In this document: in pieces, positions 39,504-53,859 of the stretch
Numbering within the stretch: the first letter of the stretch is position 1
Layout of the letters: each line of letters starts with the position of its first letter
Origin: Eledone cirrhosa
Lineage: Eukaryota
NCBI GenBank assembly: GCA_964016885.1
Contig: OZ024744.1
Location: forward strand, 69,006,001-69,070,000
Reading direction: 5' to 3'
DNA length: 64,000 nt
Position numbers and translations under genes: made by a program
The notes under the pieces: model-generated
The model's database searches: none
Told to the model about the DNA's origin: nothing
Seen by the model: the letters and a program-made list of their open reading frames with translations, nothing else

Positions 39504-40054
39504 AATGTGCAATAAGAGCAAAATATAACGACATTGCTCAATTATTTTATCTAATGTTGTAATAACACAAGGAAATGTTGTTTGTGTATTTTTTTTTATA
39601 TTTGCTCATAGGCTTTTACAATTTCGCTCAGCCAACAACTATTAAAAAGTGAGTTGCTTAAGATAACAATTTAATCACAAATTGTTGCTATCTTTTAATA
39701 CACTCCAACAAGTCATCAAATTATGTACAATAAAAACAAATCTTATTAATTTGCTCAGGGAATATAAAGAAAATGTATATACACTGATAATTGCAATTGT
39801 ATGTAAATATTTTGTTTTTGTATTGTATATTTTATGTTTTCTATTATGTATAATATATTGATTTAATATTGATTGTTTTTTGTAGTTGTTTATATTAAAA
39901 GTCTGAAAATATTTTTATACATCTTACACTAATATTTATAAGATAATTTATAATAACAATTACATAATCTAATTACATTACAACGATAATTTATTATTAA
40001 TATATATCCTGTTTAACTAGAGTTATTACAAGCGTTGCCTTAAAAAAATATTAA

Positions 40055-41012
40055 ACTAGACATGAAAAATGCGCAAGCTCAAAAGTGCCACAGAATGTTA
40101 TAATAAACCTTCAAAAGTGTGGGACTAGAGTTGTTGCTAAAAAATATTGTAATCATTATATATCGTACATTCTGTGGCATCCTTTATAAAAATAGCTTAA
40201 ACCAACGAAGCCTTTATTTTTACGCTATTTCACTTAGTTAATTCTTAGAGTGTAACATATAAAAATAAATACATCTATGTTTAATGTAATAACAGCTATA
40301 AATAATTACGTAATATTATTATCATATACTCATAGTAACAAAATAATTGTGTTGAAACTTAATATGATGCTTATATGAACGATCAAATCTATAATGATAA
40401 TTTCTTAAATATACTAATAGTAAAATAATTTAGTTATCTATTGTTACATTTTCATAGAACTATAATATTAACAATCGTATTGCATTATCAAATTTTTATC
40501 ACTACAAACTTTCATATTGGAATTACCTTAAGCCACTTATTATTACTTCGCTTTCGTACTTTTACAGCTGTAGATATTGCGCTGTATCTTATATCTAATA
40601 TCAATATCTCGTGGTAATTTGCATGAAGTGTAAAATAGGTTTATTAATAACTTTAATATGAAATGTATTATACAGGGCTGCGGAGTCGGTCAAAAATTGA
40701 CTGGCTCCAACTCAGGATCCGATACTCCATTATTTCCTAAATTTCAGCTCCGCAGCTCTGTTATTATATTAATTAATTTATTTTATAGTTGTAAATCATA
40801 TTTTTATATGTTACACTCTAAGAATTAACTAAGTGAAATAGCGTAAAAATAAAGGCTTCGTTGGTTTAAGCTATTTTTATAAAGGATGCCACAGAATGTA
40901 CGATATATAATGATTACAATATTTTTTAGCAACAACTCTAGTCCCACACTTTTGAAGGTTTATTATAACATTCTGTGGCACTTTTGAGCTTGCGCATTTT
41001 TCATGTCTAGTT
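40055..41012. repeat. Inverted repeat with ~210 bp near-identical arms (40055-40265 / 40800-41012)
   Basis: aactagacatgaaaaatgcgcaagctc... versus ...gagcttgcgcatttttcatgtctagtt. Confidence 0.88.
40673..40760. mobile_element. 88 bp hAT-like MITE
   Basis: TIRs CAGGGCTGCGGAG / CTCCGCAGCTCTG; 8 bp TSD-like flanks gtattata / ttattata. Confidence 0.65.
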
Positions 41013-41644
41013 ATACTATGTTCAATATTTTATATTGAAGTTTTATATCATTCCACTTTTTGTAAACGTACTACTGATCTTTATTATTTACCGATTATTA
41101 AATGTACCATTATGTTATGTTAAATTTTGTAAATTCTGTAATATGTTTATATTTTTATAATTTTTGTAATGTTTGGATAATATTTATTTACACCAATTGT
41201 ATAGAAATTTGACCTCCATCTGTTTTCTTGCAATGGTTTTGATATTTTTCCAACATAATTTTTCCAACATAATTTAGTTCTGTACAATATTTTTTCTCAC
41301 CCGGTCTGTAACTCTATATGATTTGTTAAGTTATATGCCATTATATTATAATATTGTTATTATAGTGTTATTGTTACATTTATATTGTTTGTGCAAATTA
41401 ACCGGAGATTATCTATTATTTAATTATATAGTTTATTATATATTATATGTTTACTTTTAATCATTTATTCTTCATTTTATACTGTAAATAATATATGTAT
41501 TATATTATTATTTTTATTTTTATTCTTATTATTCTTATTATTCTTATTTATTTTTAAACTCTTAATAAGGGTTAGTTTGTGCTTGTATTGATGGAAATGT
41601 GTATTGATATATATGTATATATGTGTGCATATGTATATATATAT

Positions 41645-42039
41645 ATATATATATGTATATTGGGCCTTTTAATATTATTATTATTATTATCATTATCAAT
41701 TATATTATATTATATTATATTATATTATATTATATATAGTACAATAATTCCCGCTCTATATCACCACCTTTGTTTAGCTTTAGTTTTTGCATTGGACTAT
41801 ATTTGTAATATGGTTCAAAATGTTATTCACTTCCTTACCAATTTTTACTTGATAATTTTTACCCGATAATTTTCCTATGCTTTAATATATGTACACTCCA
41901 TATTCTTCTAAGTTTTTGGCTTGTATTGGCCGATAGTGCTTCTTATAGCTTTAATTGCCCTGGTGAGTCCTTAATAGGACGAAACATTGTTGGCTAATAA
42001 AGATTTTTAATGTATTGAAGGCTTCTTTGGTTTATTTTC

Positions 42040-42042
<3 letters not shown>
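41645..42042 (+). repeat. Inverted copy of the 35265-35700 pLTR-like segment
   Basis: The same spurious peptide appears in ORFs 35438-35812 (-) and 41579-41869 (+); shared HHR. Confidence 0.9.
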
Positions 42043-42100
<58 letters not shown>

Positions 42101-42107
<7 letters not shown>

Positions 42108-42382
42108 TGAAATCGAAAATGCAACTGGAGTCTTATTTTTTTTTTTAAATATATATATTTATTTGGTTCCTTTACCGGTTTCGCAGTTCTTCTGCTTTTC
42201 AAAAGGTGAGTTGAGATGGAGGGTCTGTGGTTTTTCTCACATGTGAGAAAAACCACAGACCCTCCATCTCAACTTACCTTTTGAAAAGCAGAAGAACTGC
42301 GAAACCGGTAAAGGAACCAAATAAATATATATATATTTTTTTTTAAATAAGACTCCAGTTGCATTTTCGATTTCATCTCTTT
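42101..42382. repeat. Near-perfect spacerless palindrome (~140 bp arms) centred at 42241/42242
   Basis: ...tttttctcac|atgtgagaaaaa...; each arm carries GAAACCGGTA. Confidence 0.92.
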
Positions 42383-42449
42383 TTCTTTATACTTTCACTC
42401 GTGTAGGACACCTCGGTTATTTTTCATTTTGTAAAAAAAACCTCACTTT

Positions 42450-42585
<136 letters not shown>

Positions 42586-43132
42586 TGTGTGTAAAAGTGA
42601 AACAGAAGCAACAACATAATCGGTACAGTATATATGGCAGAGCGATTAGATTTATTTTCTGCCAGTATGTGTCAGATCATATCGATACAAAATAATATAA
42701 ATCGGTAAAAACACTCCAATTTAGTCTATGTGTGATTACGAAATAAGTATATTATAAGTATATTGTTAGACTCGACACATTAAAGTCTGCAGTCATACTA
42801 TGAAAATAAATTGACACTCCGTCAGATCTATTCCTTGACAAGGATGCTTAGCACAAGCCAATTGAAGGGATTCTATGATGTAGCTTGACCTGAATACGAA
42901 AGCAGCCAATTCTCTTTTCAACAAGCATTCTACATGAAAATATCATATTCACATAAAAAAAAAACACCATAAAATAAATAATTTCACAAATGTGTGTATA
43001 TATATATTAACACACACAGACACACACATTCACACACACACACACACTCAATACTGTTAGCAACACACTAGCTAACAGTATTGAGTGTTAGATATTAATG
43101 TTATAAATACTACAACACACACACACACGCAT

Positions 43133-43170
<38 letters not shown>

Positions 43171-43226
43171 GTTTGTGTGTGTGTGTGTGCATACACATAT
43201 TTCTACACACTAGCTAACAGTATTTA

Positions 43227-43408
43227 GGTGGATTGGCAGTATCGGTAGAGGGTCGGACGCCATGCTTTCAAGCATAGTTACGTCCCTTTACGATCTGAGT
43301 TCAAATCCCGCCGAGGTTGACTTTGCCTTTCATCCTTACGGGGTCGATAAAATAAAGTACCAGTATTGCACTGGGTAATTGCTGGCCTTGTGCTTAAAGT
43401 AGAAACAA
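43227..43408 (+). mobile_element. SINE with short TSD agtatttag
   Basis: Head, core and tail intact. Confidence 0.9.
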
Positions 43409-43727
43409 GTATTTAGTGTTTCTTTAGATGTTAGTGCTTCAATGTTTTAAATACTATGACACACACACAAACACACACACACACGCACACACACACACAT
43501 AAACATATATATATATATATATATATAACACATTCCTTTTAATAGAGTTTGTGGCAGCCTAATATAATGAATTGGGCGTTTAACAATTGAACAACATTTG
43601 GACGTGTGTCTACATGTGAGAACTCATATCTGAGGAGATTTTGATTCCAGAGTCAGGAAGAAACATTATTCCATCATTCCTAGATGAAATATGTAATTAA
43701 ATATGATGCAATACTGATTCTGGCTAT

Positions 43728-43892
43728 CAGTATCGGTAGAGGGTCGGACGCCATGCTTTCCAGTATAGTTACGTCCCTTTACGATCTGAGTTCAAATCCC
43801 GCCGAGGTTGACTTTGCCTTACGGGGTTGATAAAATAAAGTACCAGTAATGTACTGGGTAATTGCTGGCCTTGTGCCTAAAGTAGAAACAAT
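43728..43892 (+). mobile_element. SINE, slightly 5'-truncated, small internal deletion
   Basis: Matches the other copies; tail aattattatt. Confidence 0.9.
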
Positions 43893-43915
43893 TATTATTA
43901 TATATATAATAATAA

Positions 43916-44035
43916 ACTGGAGCAGCGTGAAATAAAGTGTCATGCTCAAAAACACAACTCATCACCCAGTCCGAGAATCGAACTCACAACCTTCCGATTA
44001 CAAGCTCAATGCTCTAACCACTAAGCAATGCGCCT
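43916..44035 (-). mobile_element. Second tRNA-derived SINE family (fragment; another at 46686-46772 +)
   Basis: Reverse complement: gcttagtggttagagca (A box), gtgagttcgattctc (B box), tgagcatgacactttatttcacg. Confidence 0.75.
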
Positions 44036-44042
44036 TTATATA

Positions 44043-44161
<119 letters not shown>

Positions 44162-44176
44162 GGTGTGGTGTGGTGT

Positions 44177-44218
<42 letters not shown>

Positions 44219-44309
44219 GTTTAATAAATAAACAGAGAACAAAAAAAACAGAGAAGCAGTACAAATGATATTAGTAGTTAGTTTCAGATATATATTAGTT
44301 TCACGATTC

Positions 44310-44363
<54 letters not shown>

Positions 44364-45234
44364 ACCACACATACGAAGGCTTGTACAAAAAAGAAGACTA
44401 AAACAGTCTTTTGGAATCTTATATCATTTTATTACTAACGTCATTACTGTTATACGCATTTCATTGCCATTAATTATGGAATTACTATGACGTCGTCAGA
44501 CAGTTAATATGTAATTGTTTATACTGTGATATGTTCTGGGAGAGTATTTTTGATGTTGTAACCTCAACCCTGACAAACATATGAATCTTGGTAAAGGATT
44601 CTCTATCTTCAATCATTGGTTGAATGTAGGTCACCTATGATCGTTTCTTATCCAAATGATCTCCCATTTATTATTAGAGGGTTATTTGACCTTTTAAGGA
44701 ATTTTGAATTCCTTAGTAGACGTCTCTGATATGGTTCGTGTAGTGATAATTGGCACCGGGGGAGGGGGGGTCGATAAAACGAGCCAATTGCAGTACTCAG
44801 GCAATTGTAAACTCACATCGTCAGTTAGGCGGGTGTATATGTCCGTCACATTTTGATTACTATGATAACACAAATGCAAGTGTGCTAGAAAGCTATGTCA
44901 GTAGTGTGGATGATAAGAGTTGGGGTTGAAAGCAATATAATATCGCCCACGAGAACCACAACAACAATAGTAATAGCGACGTACACAACCATGTTAACTG
45001 AAGGATGACGGGTAAGCATGAGAAACATAATAGCTATTTGATCGTAATGTAGATCAAGCTTCTCTCGAGTTTTGAAATGCCTTTCCATAGACATACGATG
45101 TATATGTAATTAAATATGAAAGGACGGTGGTGTAATTATAGTTTTAATCAGGATGACCATACAAAATAGCGTGTATGCATACACGCACACAGAGACACAC
45201 ACACAGACACATACACACGCGCGCACACACACAC

Positions 45235-45332
<98 letters not shown>

Positions 45333-45467
45333 TCTGTGCTGCTAAATGATGTTTTAATAATGTACGTATCTGATACATGGAGAGATAGAGAGTGGGTATA
45401 TAGTATATGTAAAATCCCGACCACTTAGCGCCGCAGTCGGGATTTTACATATCTCTATATCTGTGTA

Positions 45468-45529
<62 letters not shown>

Positions 45530-45531
<2 letters not shown>

Positions 45532-45980
45532 CTATATATCTGAAACAGAGAATGTCTGTCTGTCTGTCTGATTGACTTCCTAAAGGTCGAGAACCACCCA
45601 ACCGATTGTTTTCAAACTCTACACATGTAATACTTATGGTCCTGTGGGTGTTTTGACCAAAAATAATTTCAAATTTTCAAAGCCCTAGGGACCGCATTAG
45701 GCGATTTAGCGATCTCTCTATAATTCTTAGTCTTTCATTTTAGATAGATACATAGATATAACGTTCCGCCCTTATAATATCTGTCTGTATGTCTAGCTAT
45801 CTGCATTTCGTCATTATGACGCGATCAGTTTGTGTGTGTATATATGTATATATAGTGTGTGTGTATATACATATTCTTATGCCAGGGAACGTCTTCACGA
45901 ACCAAAGTATCGTCTTCCTGTTTTTCTTCGGTTGCAACGTTTTTCAAAAATTTACTTCTGCATTCACAGATTGATTTTTT
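45530..45980 (+). mobile_element. Non-autonomous Helitron/DINE-like element 5' region; inverted copy 47909-48299 and short copy 47540-47650
   Basis: tctatatatct..aaacagagaat(gtct)n...aaccgattgttttcaaact; copies read directly, family assignment by resemblance. Confidence 0.55.
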
Positions 45981-46341
45981 TATTGATTATATATATATAT
46001 ATCACGATAAATTAACGGAGCCATAGACTCTCTCTATACCCTGTCAATAAAGTACTCAAAGGAGAAGAAATCCTGAACTCTTTAAAATACAATATGTTGA
46101 AAAGGTAATATAATGACTAGTTTCTAGCTTATTAGCTGTCATCAGCACTGTATACCTTACTGTCAGTCGATTGAACGTTCGAAAGTATATACTTTCCTTA
46201 TGCATATTAACGGGTGAGCAGCCTAATTTGCATATTAGTGAGTTAGTCGGCCGGGCGATATGCAAATTAGGCTGCTCAGCCGTTAATATGCATAAGGAAA
46301 ATATATACTTTCAAACGTTCAATCGACTGACATGAAGGTAT

Positions 46342-46384
46342 ACGGTGCTGATGACAGCTAATAAGCTAGAAACTAGTTCATCGT
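46342..46384 (+). ncRNA. Minimal hammerhead; inverted partner at 46113-46151 (-), mutated copy at 49613-49655 (+)
   Basis: acggtg-CTGATGA-cagct.aata.agcta-GAAAC-ta-GTT-catcgt. Confidence 0.82.
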
Positions 46385-46644
46385 TCCTTTGTCAGTGTTT
46401 AACAAAAGGGCAACGATGGTTGCCGAACATTGTACGCTTAATTCGGGCTGTTTGTTTACAAACAAACCGAACATTATAATAAATGTTCGGTAAACCCATA
46501 CGAACATATATATATATATGTGTGCATGTATGTATATATATACATACTACTGTATGTCTGTATACATATATGTATGTACGTATACATACTTATGTTTAAG
46601 TATCAGCCGTACTACGAATGAGAAATGAAATTTCATTTTTTCCA

Positions 46645-46687
<43 letters not shown>

Positions 46688-46875
46688 GCAATTGTAAGGT
46701 TGTGAGTTCGATTCCTGGACCAGGCGATGCGTTATGTCCTTGAGCAAGACACTTTATTTCACGTTGCTCCTTCTACCTGGAGTTGCGACCGATAGATAGT
46801 ATTAGCAATTGGAAAGACCAACGGAAACATTGTTCCCTCGGTCCGATTTGACGAAAGTCGATCGTTTAAGATTTA

Positions 46876-47076
<201 letters not shown>

Positions 47077-47377
47077 ACGGTATATATTGAGTTAGAAACT
47101 CAAAATAGCCTCTTACAATTAAATACCTCAAGGAAAGATATTTTTGCGGACCGTGTAATATAATTGAATATACAAGAGAGATAAACACAGATATATACAT
47201 ATATGTGTTCAAATCGTAAGGGACCAGATTCGCTAGGATGAAAAAAATGTTAACTCTGAACAATCGGGTTTGTCAGACTCAATTTAAAAGAATAAATTAA
47301 GAAAAGAAATACAAACCGAAATTGCGACGATTTGAACACATATGTATATATCTGTGTTTATCTCTCTTTTATATTCA

Positions 47378-47406
47378 GCTAGCAGAATGGCCCGGCGTTG
47401 CTCGGG
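47378..47406 (-). mobile_element. Helitron-like 3' terminus
   Basis: Reverse complement: cccgagcaacgccggg hairpin then ccattctg-CTAG. Confidence 0.6.
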
Positions 47407-48384
47407 ATTTGCTCTAGGGTTATATATTTGATATATATTTATCCTTATCGAGTCTCGTGAAATAAATACGTTTGTTTATATCTTGTTATTGTGTATGCAA
47501 AAATATCTGTACACGAATATATAATTATATATATATATATATCTAAAACAGAGAATGTCTGTCTGTCTGTCTGACTGACTCCCTAAAACTCGAGAACCAC
47601 TCAACTGATTGTTTTCAAACTTTACACATGTAATACTTATGGTCCTGGGATTGTTTTCTACTAGTAAATATTAAAATAACATTAAAGTTTAAGCAAAGAA
47701 ACGCTGCTTTCACCCTTAACGGTATCGTCTACCTAAAAGCAGTATGAAGTACACTAACACTAACTGATGTAATCGTTGGCCTTGTTTGTTTATATTTTGT
47801 TTTTGTGTATGCAAAAATATCTGTACACAAATATATATATTAAAATAACATATTAAAGTTTGAGCAAAGAATCGCTGCTTTCACCCTTAACGGGATTTTC
47901 TGAAACTGAAAAAATCAATCTGTCAATGCAGAAGTAAATTTTTGAAAAACGTTGCAACCGAAGGAAAACAGGAAGACGATACTTTGGTTCGTGAAGATGT
48001 TCCCTGGCATAAGAATATATATATACACACACACTATATATACATATATACACACACAAACTGATCGCGTCATAATGACGAAATGCAGATAGCTAGACAT
48101 ACAGACAGATATTTAAAGGGTGGAACGTTATATCTATGTATCTATCTAAAATGAAAGACTAAGAATTATAGAGAGAGATCGCTAAATCGCCCAATGCGGT
48201 CCCTAGGGCATTGAAAATTTGAAATTCTTTTTGGTCAAAACACCCACAGGACCATAAGTATTACATGTGTAGAGTTTGAAAACAATCAGTTGGGTGGTTA
48301 TAGATTCCATACAGTGGTGGTTTTCCCTGTTTTATTGATAGCACACTCTATCTCTCTCTAGTGTGTTATCTTTTCAACATATTG

Positions 48385-48420
<36 letters not shown>

Positions 48421-48424
<4 letters not shown>

Positions 48425-48723
48425 ACCTTATCTATGTTTTGACATGCTCAGGTTGTCAAGAGCACTACATAGGACAGACAAAAGACAGCCTCGGTCAACG
48501 TATGACCGTCCATAAATCACAAATTAAAATACAGGAATACAGAAAGATTGCATTTAGTGAACATATCGCCGATTGTGCTCTCAACCAACATCCAAACTTT
48601 TTAATTTTCCCTATTTACAAATTCATAGACAACGCTACTTTCATCCAACGTACCAATAAGGAAACATATTTCATTAATAAATTTCAACCACTACTCAATG
48701 CTCTAAAAATCGGACCAATCTAA
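48421..48723 (+). pseudogene. PLE GIY-YIG endonuclease fragment starting directly from (TA)n
   Basis: NLIYVLTCSGCQEHYIGQT..R...H...KETYFINKFQPLLN. Confidence 0.88.
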
Positions 48724-49146
48724 AACTGCAACAAACCATCAAACATTTACAAGAGTTACCTCCCTCACACCCTACCTAATCTTTTTTCTTAAATAAATTA
48801 AATATCACCCAGCAAGAATTGTTTCCCCCTGCATATTAACTCTCTAAAAAGGGAAATCATATGAAACCACAGTCCACCATTTGCCTCCTTCACGGAACCA
48901 TGGTTCAACTAAGCACTCTTGCGATATTAACACATTTTGAACTGCTTCACTTCAATGACTGTGCTTGTAAACAACATTATTTTTTCTTCCACATTGACTT
49001 TTTACGTTCCACATTAAGCACGTTTTTTTTTCCTTTTTCTTTTTTTTTTTCACTTCTTAATGTTATATACAAACCTTGTTTGTATATAACATTATTCTTT
49101 CTGCGCCTTCTGTTTAACATGTGCGACACCACACTAATACATTTCA

Positions 49147-49188
49147 CTATCATTTGATAATGCATATAAATGCTGAAACCGGTAATAG
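49147..49188 (+). ncRNA. Minimal hammerhead with variant core TTGATAA (U3-A8), downstream of the 48421-48723 PLE
   Basis: TTGATAA-tgcat.ataa.atgct-GAAAC-cg-GTA-atag. Confidence 0.6.
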
Positions 49189-49860
49189 ACAATAATTAAA
49201 TATATAAATAGATAAATAAATGCCATTGTTAAATAATAAATAAATCAACTAATACCTTAACACTTCACACAAAGTAAAACATTTTAATCATTTTCTAAGC
49301 CAGAAAAGAGAGAGAGAGAAACAAAAAAGGAAAAAAATATATTTTCTTCCTCATAATCGTCTCTTTCTCCCTGTTTTCATATATATATATATATATATAC
49401 GTTTTTTTTCTTCCCTTTTCCCTTCTTTTCCATACTTATATTTAAATATCAGCCGTACTAAGAGTGAGAAATGAAATTTCATTTTTTCCATTTATCGTTT
49501 TCGGTACGCCCGGCCGACTAACTCACTCGATATGCAAATAAGCTGCTCAGCCGTTAATATGCATTAGGAAAGTATATACTTTCAAACGTTCAATCGACTG
49601 ACAGGAAGGTATACGGTGCTGATGACAGCTAATAAGCTATAAACTAGTTCATCGTTCCTTTGTTAGTGTTGAACAACAGGGCAACGATGGTTGCCGAACA
49701 CTGTACGGCTTAATTCGGGCTGTTTGTTTACAAACAAACCGAACATTATAATAAATGTTCGGGAGACCCATACGTACATATATATATATGTGTGCATGTA
49801 TGTATGTATATACATACTACTGTACGTCTGTATATATATATATGTATGTACGTATTCATA

Positions 49861-49920
<60 letters not shown>

Positions 49921-49923
<3 letters not shown>

Positions 49924-51030
49924 CTTTGTCGCTCTGTTTGTCTGTCTGTCTGTCTGTTTCCTATGCATTCTCAAACTGCTCGGGCAAATCAAATCAAATT
50001 TTACAACGTATTAGACACCTGGGGTGTCAACGTGTAATTTTTATTTTCATTTGGATTAAAACAATATAAGATTTTATCTATAATAATATTTTCATACTCA
50101 ACTATACTAAACCACCGCTACCACCACCACATCACATTTTGTATATGAGTGTCTACGTGTCTGTAAGTGGGTGTGTGATTGCGAGTTCGTTAGGTACGTT
50201 AGGCCTCAAGAATTAACCACACAAACACATCTACACATACATATAGCCTTAGTAAGTTGCATACACATTATCTTCACACTCAGACAATTGAACACACACA
50301 CATCTACACATACAAATACATATGTGTTGACAGACAAGTAATAGGTGTGCGTGACTGTATGTGTGTGTGTCTGTCTTAGTATATGTATGTCAGTGTATTT
50401 GAGAGTGTGTGTAAGTGTATGTGAGACTGTATGTGTGTGTGAGTGTATGTGTGTGTGAGTATATGTGAGAGTGTATGCGTGTGAGAGTGTATGTGTGTGT
50501 GAGTGTATGTGTGATAATTTTTATTTTCATTTGGATTAAAACAATAGAAAACTACAGAGTGACGTCACATTTTGTATATGAATACGTATGTGTCTGTGAG
50601 TGTGTGTGTGCGCGTTCATTATGTACGTTATTAAATACACACACACACATCTATACATACATATACATATGTAGCGACTGACAAAAAATAAGGTGAAAAG
50701 TGTGTGTTTGCGTGAATGTATGTCTGTGTGTGTGCCTATCTTAGTATATGTATGTGAGTCTGTGTGAGAGTGTATGTGTGTGAGTGTGTAGCATCAATTT
50801 CTTCATTTGGACACCAACAAAAAATGACACAATGAATATTGTTTACCCTAAGGTGCTTCAAGATTGACAGATTTTCATTTCTAAATTCTATTATCACCAC
50901 AATTTTGATATTTTAAAAATAAATTATAGATATTTTGAAATAATTATGAGAAGAAAAAAAACCATTGCTTCATATTTATTGTTTAATAATCTGAATAAGA
51001 ACAGCAGTAGCCCGGGCAACGCCGGGTAAT
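49921..51030 (+). mobile_element. Probable non-autonomous Helitron-like element ending in a 3' hairpin (51011-51026)
   Basis: (gtct)n near the start, internal GT-rich repeats, cccgggcaacgccggg hairpin; the expected CTAG is absent where a PLE begins. Confidence 0.45.
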
Positions 51031-51037
51031 AATCCTT

Positions 51038-53330
51038 CGGTCAAAAATACAGATATAATATAAACACAAACACATATATATAGTCTAAGAAAGTTCTTTC
51101 GTTGCACATCTGCAACGTCGTCAGTGGTGCTATTATGTTTCCTCCTGTTGTATTGTATGTCAACGCCATCTTTATTTAATGTTTATTTATTTATTTATTT
51201 TTGTCTTCTCTGCGCATGCGTTTGCGTGTGTGTATAGTGTTTGATGTGTGTTCGCGTTTGGGTGACTGTGTTTTGGTTATTGTATTCTATCTTAGTTTAC
51301 TAGTGTGTGTTTATATGTGTTTGTTGTTATTGTGCTTGTGTATATATTTTGCTGTGGAAAAATGTGTAGAGATAATCAGTGAGAGTTCTGCGACGTCGCC
51401 ACAGACGAACTGGACCTCCTACTTAGACTTACTTATGACACTGACTACCTAGACAGCCATGACCTTAGCCGTTTCTGCCCCAGTAGACCCATAAGAGTTA
51501 GACCCCCCACCATTATCTCAATGGCAAAAAAGACTCCCATAGGAAGGTGGATTGGATGGACCCCCAAAACAATGATCAGGTAAGAAAAATGGTCGCACAT
51601 GCAATAGGGGCTAGTATTAAAACTACCCTAAAAGGTCACACATTCAAATTCAAGGAGATCTACACCCAAAATGAGGGAATCAGCCATTCGCGCCAGCATA
51701 GCTGGTGACGTTACCAACCTTTTTATGGTATGGTGGGAAAGGAAACTCAAAGATCTCCTTGATGAGAGCTCCATAGACCTCATCATGTACTCTCGTTATG
51801 TAGAGGACATTAACATAGTAATAAGGACATCCCCACAAGAGAGTACTAACAAGTATGATTTAGAATGTAGCACAATGGAAAGCATCCAGCAGATAGCTAA
51901 TTCCATACCCCAAAGTATAACTATCGACTACCCTTCCAAACACCCTAACAATAGACTACCTGTATTAGACACGGAACTCTGGATTAACACTGTAGACGAG
52001 AAAGCCCAAATTCTCCACTCACACTTCGCTAAGCCCATGGCCTCCAAATATCTGATACTCAAAAACTCAGCAATGTCCGGTTGTGCTAAGTTTAATATTC
52101 TGATCGCAGACTTGGTACGAGTGATAAAGAACGTGTCCCGCATGTGCGACCCAACAGAAATGGAAAGACACATCCAATACTTCATCAACCGCATGCAGTT
52201 CTCTGGCTACAACAAAAGAGACAGAATCACAGTATACCAAAGGAGCCACGGAAAAGTATAAGACCCTCATAGAACTGGACATGAAAGGAATTTGCCCATT
52301 ATACAGGAGCAAATCATGGAATAGCTTAGATAGGACTAAACATAAGATAGGGAAAGCCACCTCATGGTACGACAACTAGAGATACCAGAGTGTCATGTTC
52401 GTGGACGCTACCCCTGGAGGGAAATTAGCTAACCAGTGTAGAAAGGCCCTGAGAAAGACCCACCTAAAAATTAAGCTGGTAGAAAAGCCAGGAACCACCA
52501 TAAAATCCCTGATCAGCAAAACATACCCTTTTAAGAAAACCCACTGTACTAATAGGAAATGTATTATATGTAAAGTAAACCCTCGGATAAACTGTAAAAC
52601 TAGAAACGTAGTCTATAGCATAAGATGTACAGAGGGTACTTGCAGAAACATGACAACAACATACATAGGTGAGACAGCTCGTAGCATAGGTGAAAGGATA
52701 GACCAACACTGGGGGGAACTAAAAGGACGAAAAAACGGTTCAGTACTATACAAACACACCAGACAACAACATGACGGTAAACATAGACAACATAGAAATT
52801 AAAATAATATCTAAACATAGAAATGACCCAGCAGATAGGCAAATCAGAGAGGCCTGTGAAATAGAACTTAGAAGGCCAAAGTTAACAGAAAAATGAATGG
52901 AATAACAACACCCAAACAAACAATACTGGCCTAAGAGAATCATAAAAAAATAAATAAATAAATAAATACATACACAAGCACAATAACAACAAACACATAT
53001 AAACACACACTAATAAACTAAGATAGAATACAATAACCAAAACACAGTCACCCAAACACGAACACACATCAAACACTATACACACACGCAAACGCATGCG
53101 CAGAGAAGAGTAAAATAAATAAATAAATAAACAGATTAAATAAAGATGGCGTAGACATACAATACAACAGGAGGAACATAATAGCACCACTGACGATGTT
53201 GCAGTTGTGCAACGAAAGAACTTTGTTAGACTATATATATGTGTTTTTGTCTATATTATATCTGTATTTTTAACCGTTGGTCAGTTAATGGTAAACATTG
53301 AGCACCGAATGAATTAACTGATATAAAAGA
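51038..53330 (+). mobile_element. PLE with inverted pseudo-LTRs (51038-51350 / 52965-53276); frameshifted RT (RYVEDI) + GIY-YIG at ~51350-52920
   Basis: ORFs 51671-52261 and 52395-52802; HHR-like cores CTGACGA-gttgca/tgcaac-GAAA at 53185-53230 (+) and 51082-51130 (-). Confidence 0.9.
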
Positions 53331-53464
53331 TACAGAAGCGAAAACCAACCAAACATTGACTGTGTTCTGTTATTAATTCTGGTAATATTATTACAACAAT
53401 ATGACCCTCCCCAAGTATAACAATATTTGTTTCGACACACCATTTCATATCAAAAACCTCGCAA

Positions 53465-53591
<127 letters not shown>

Positions 53592-53604
53592 TTTTAGCTA
53601 GAGA

Positions 53605-53859
53605 GTTGATAAGAAACACAGCAGCACCGCCCTCTCAGAACTGGTGTGGCGTCTCAAACAAGATAACATAGAATACACCATGTCATGGTCCAACCCTTTA
53701 GAGGGGGCGGAGCATGATTCGTGCGATTTGTGTGTCACCGAGATTATGGAAGTAATCGAGAGGGGAGCTCAAGTTATCAATAAAAGGAGTAACCTCTTCA
53801 GCACCTGCCTCCACAGATCTTCTGGAACCTTCCTCAAACTGTACAGACTAGCAACGTAG
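53605..53859 (+). pseudogene. PLE GIY-YIG C-terminal fragment
   Basis: [10 protein letters not shown]...CDLCVTE...INKRS..FSTCLH. Confidence 0.7.
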
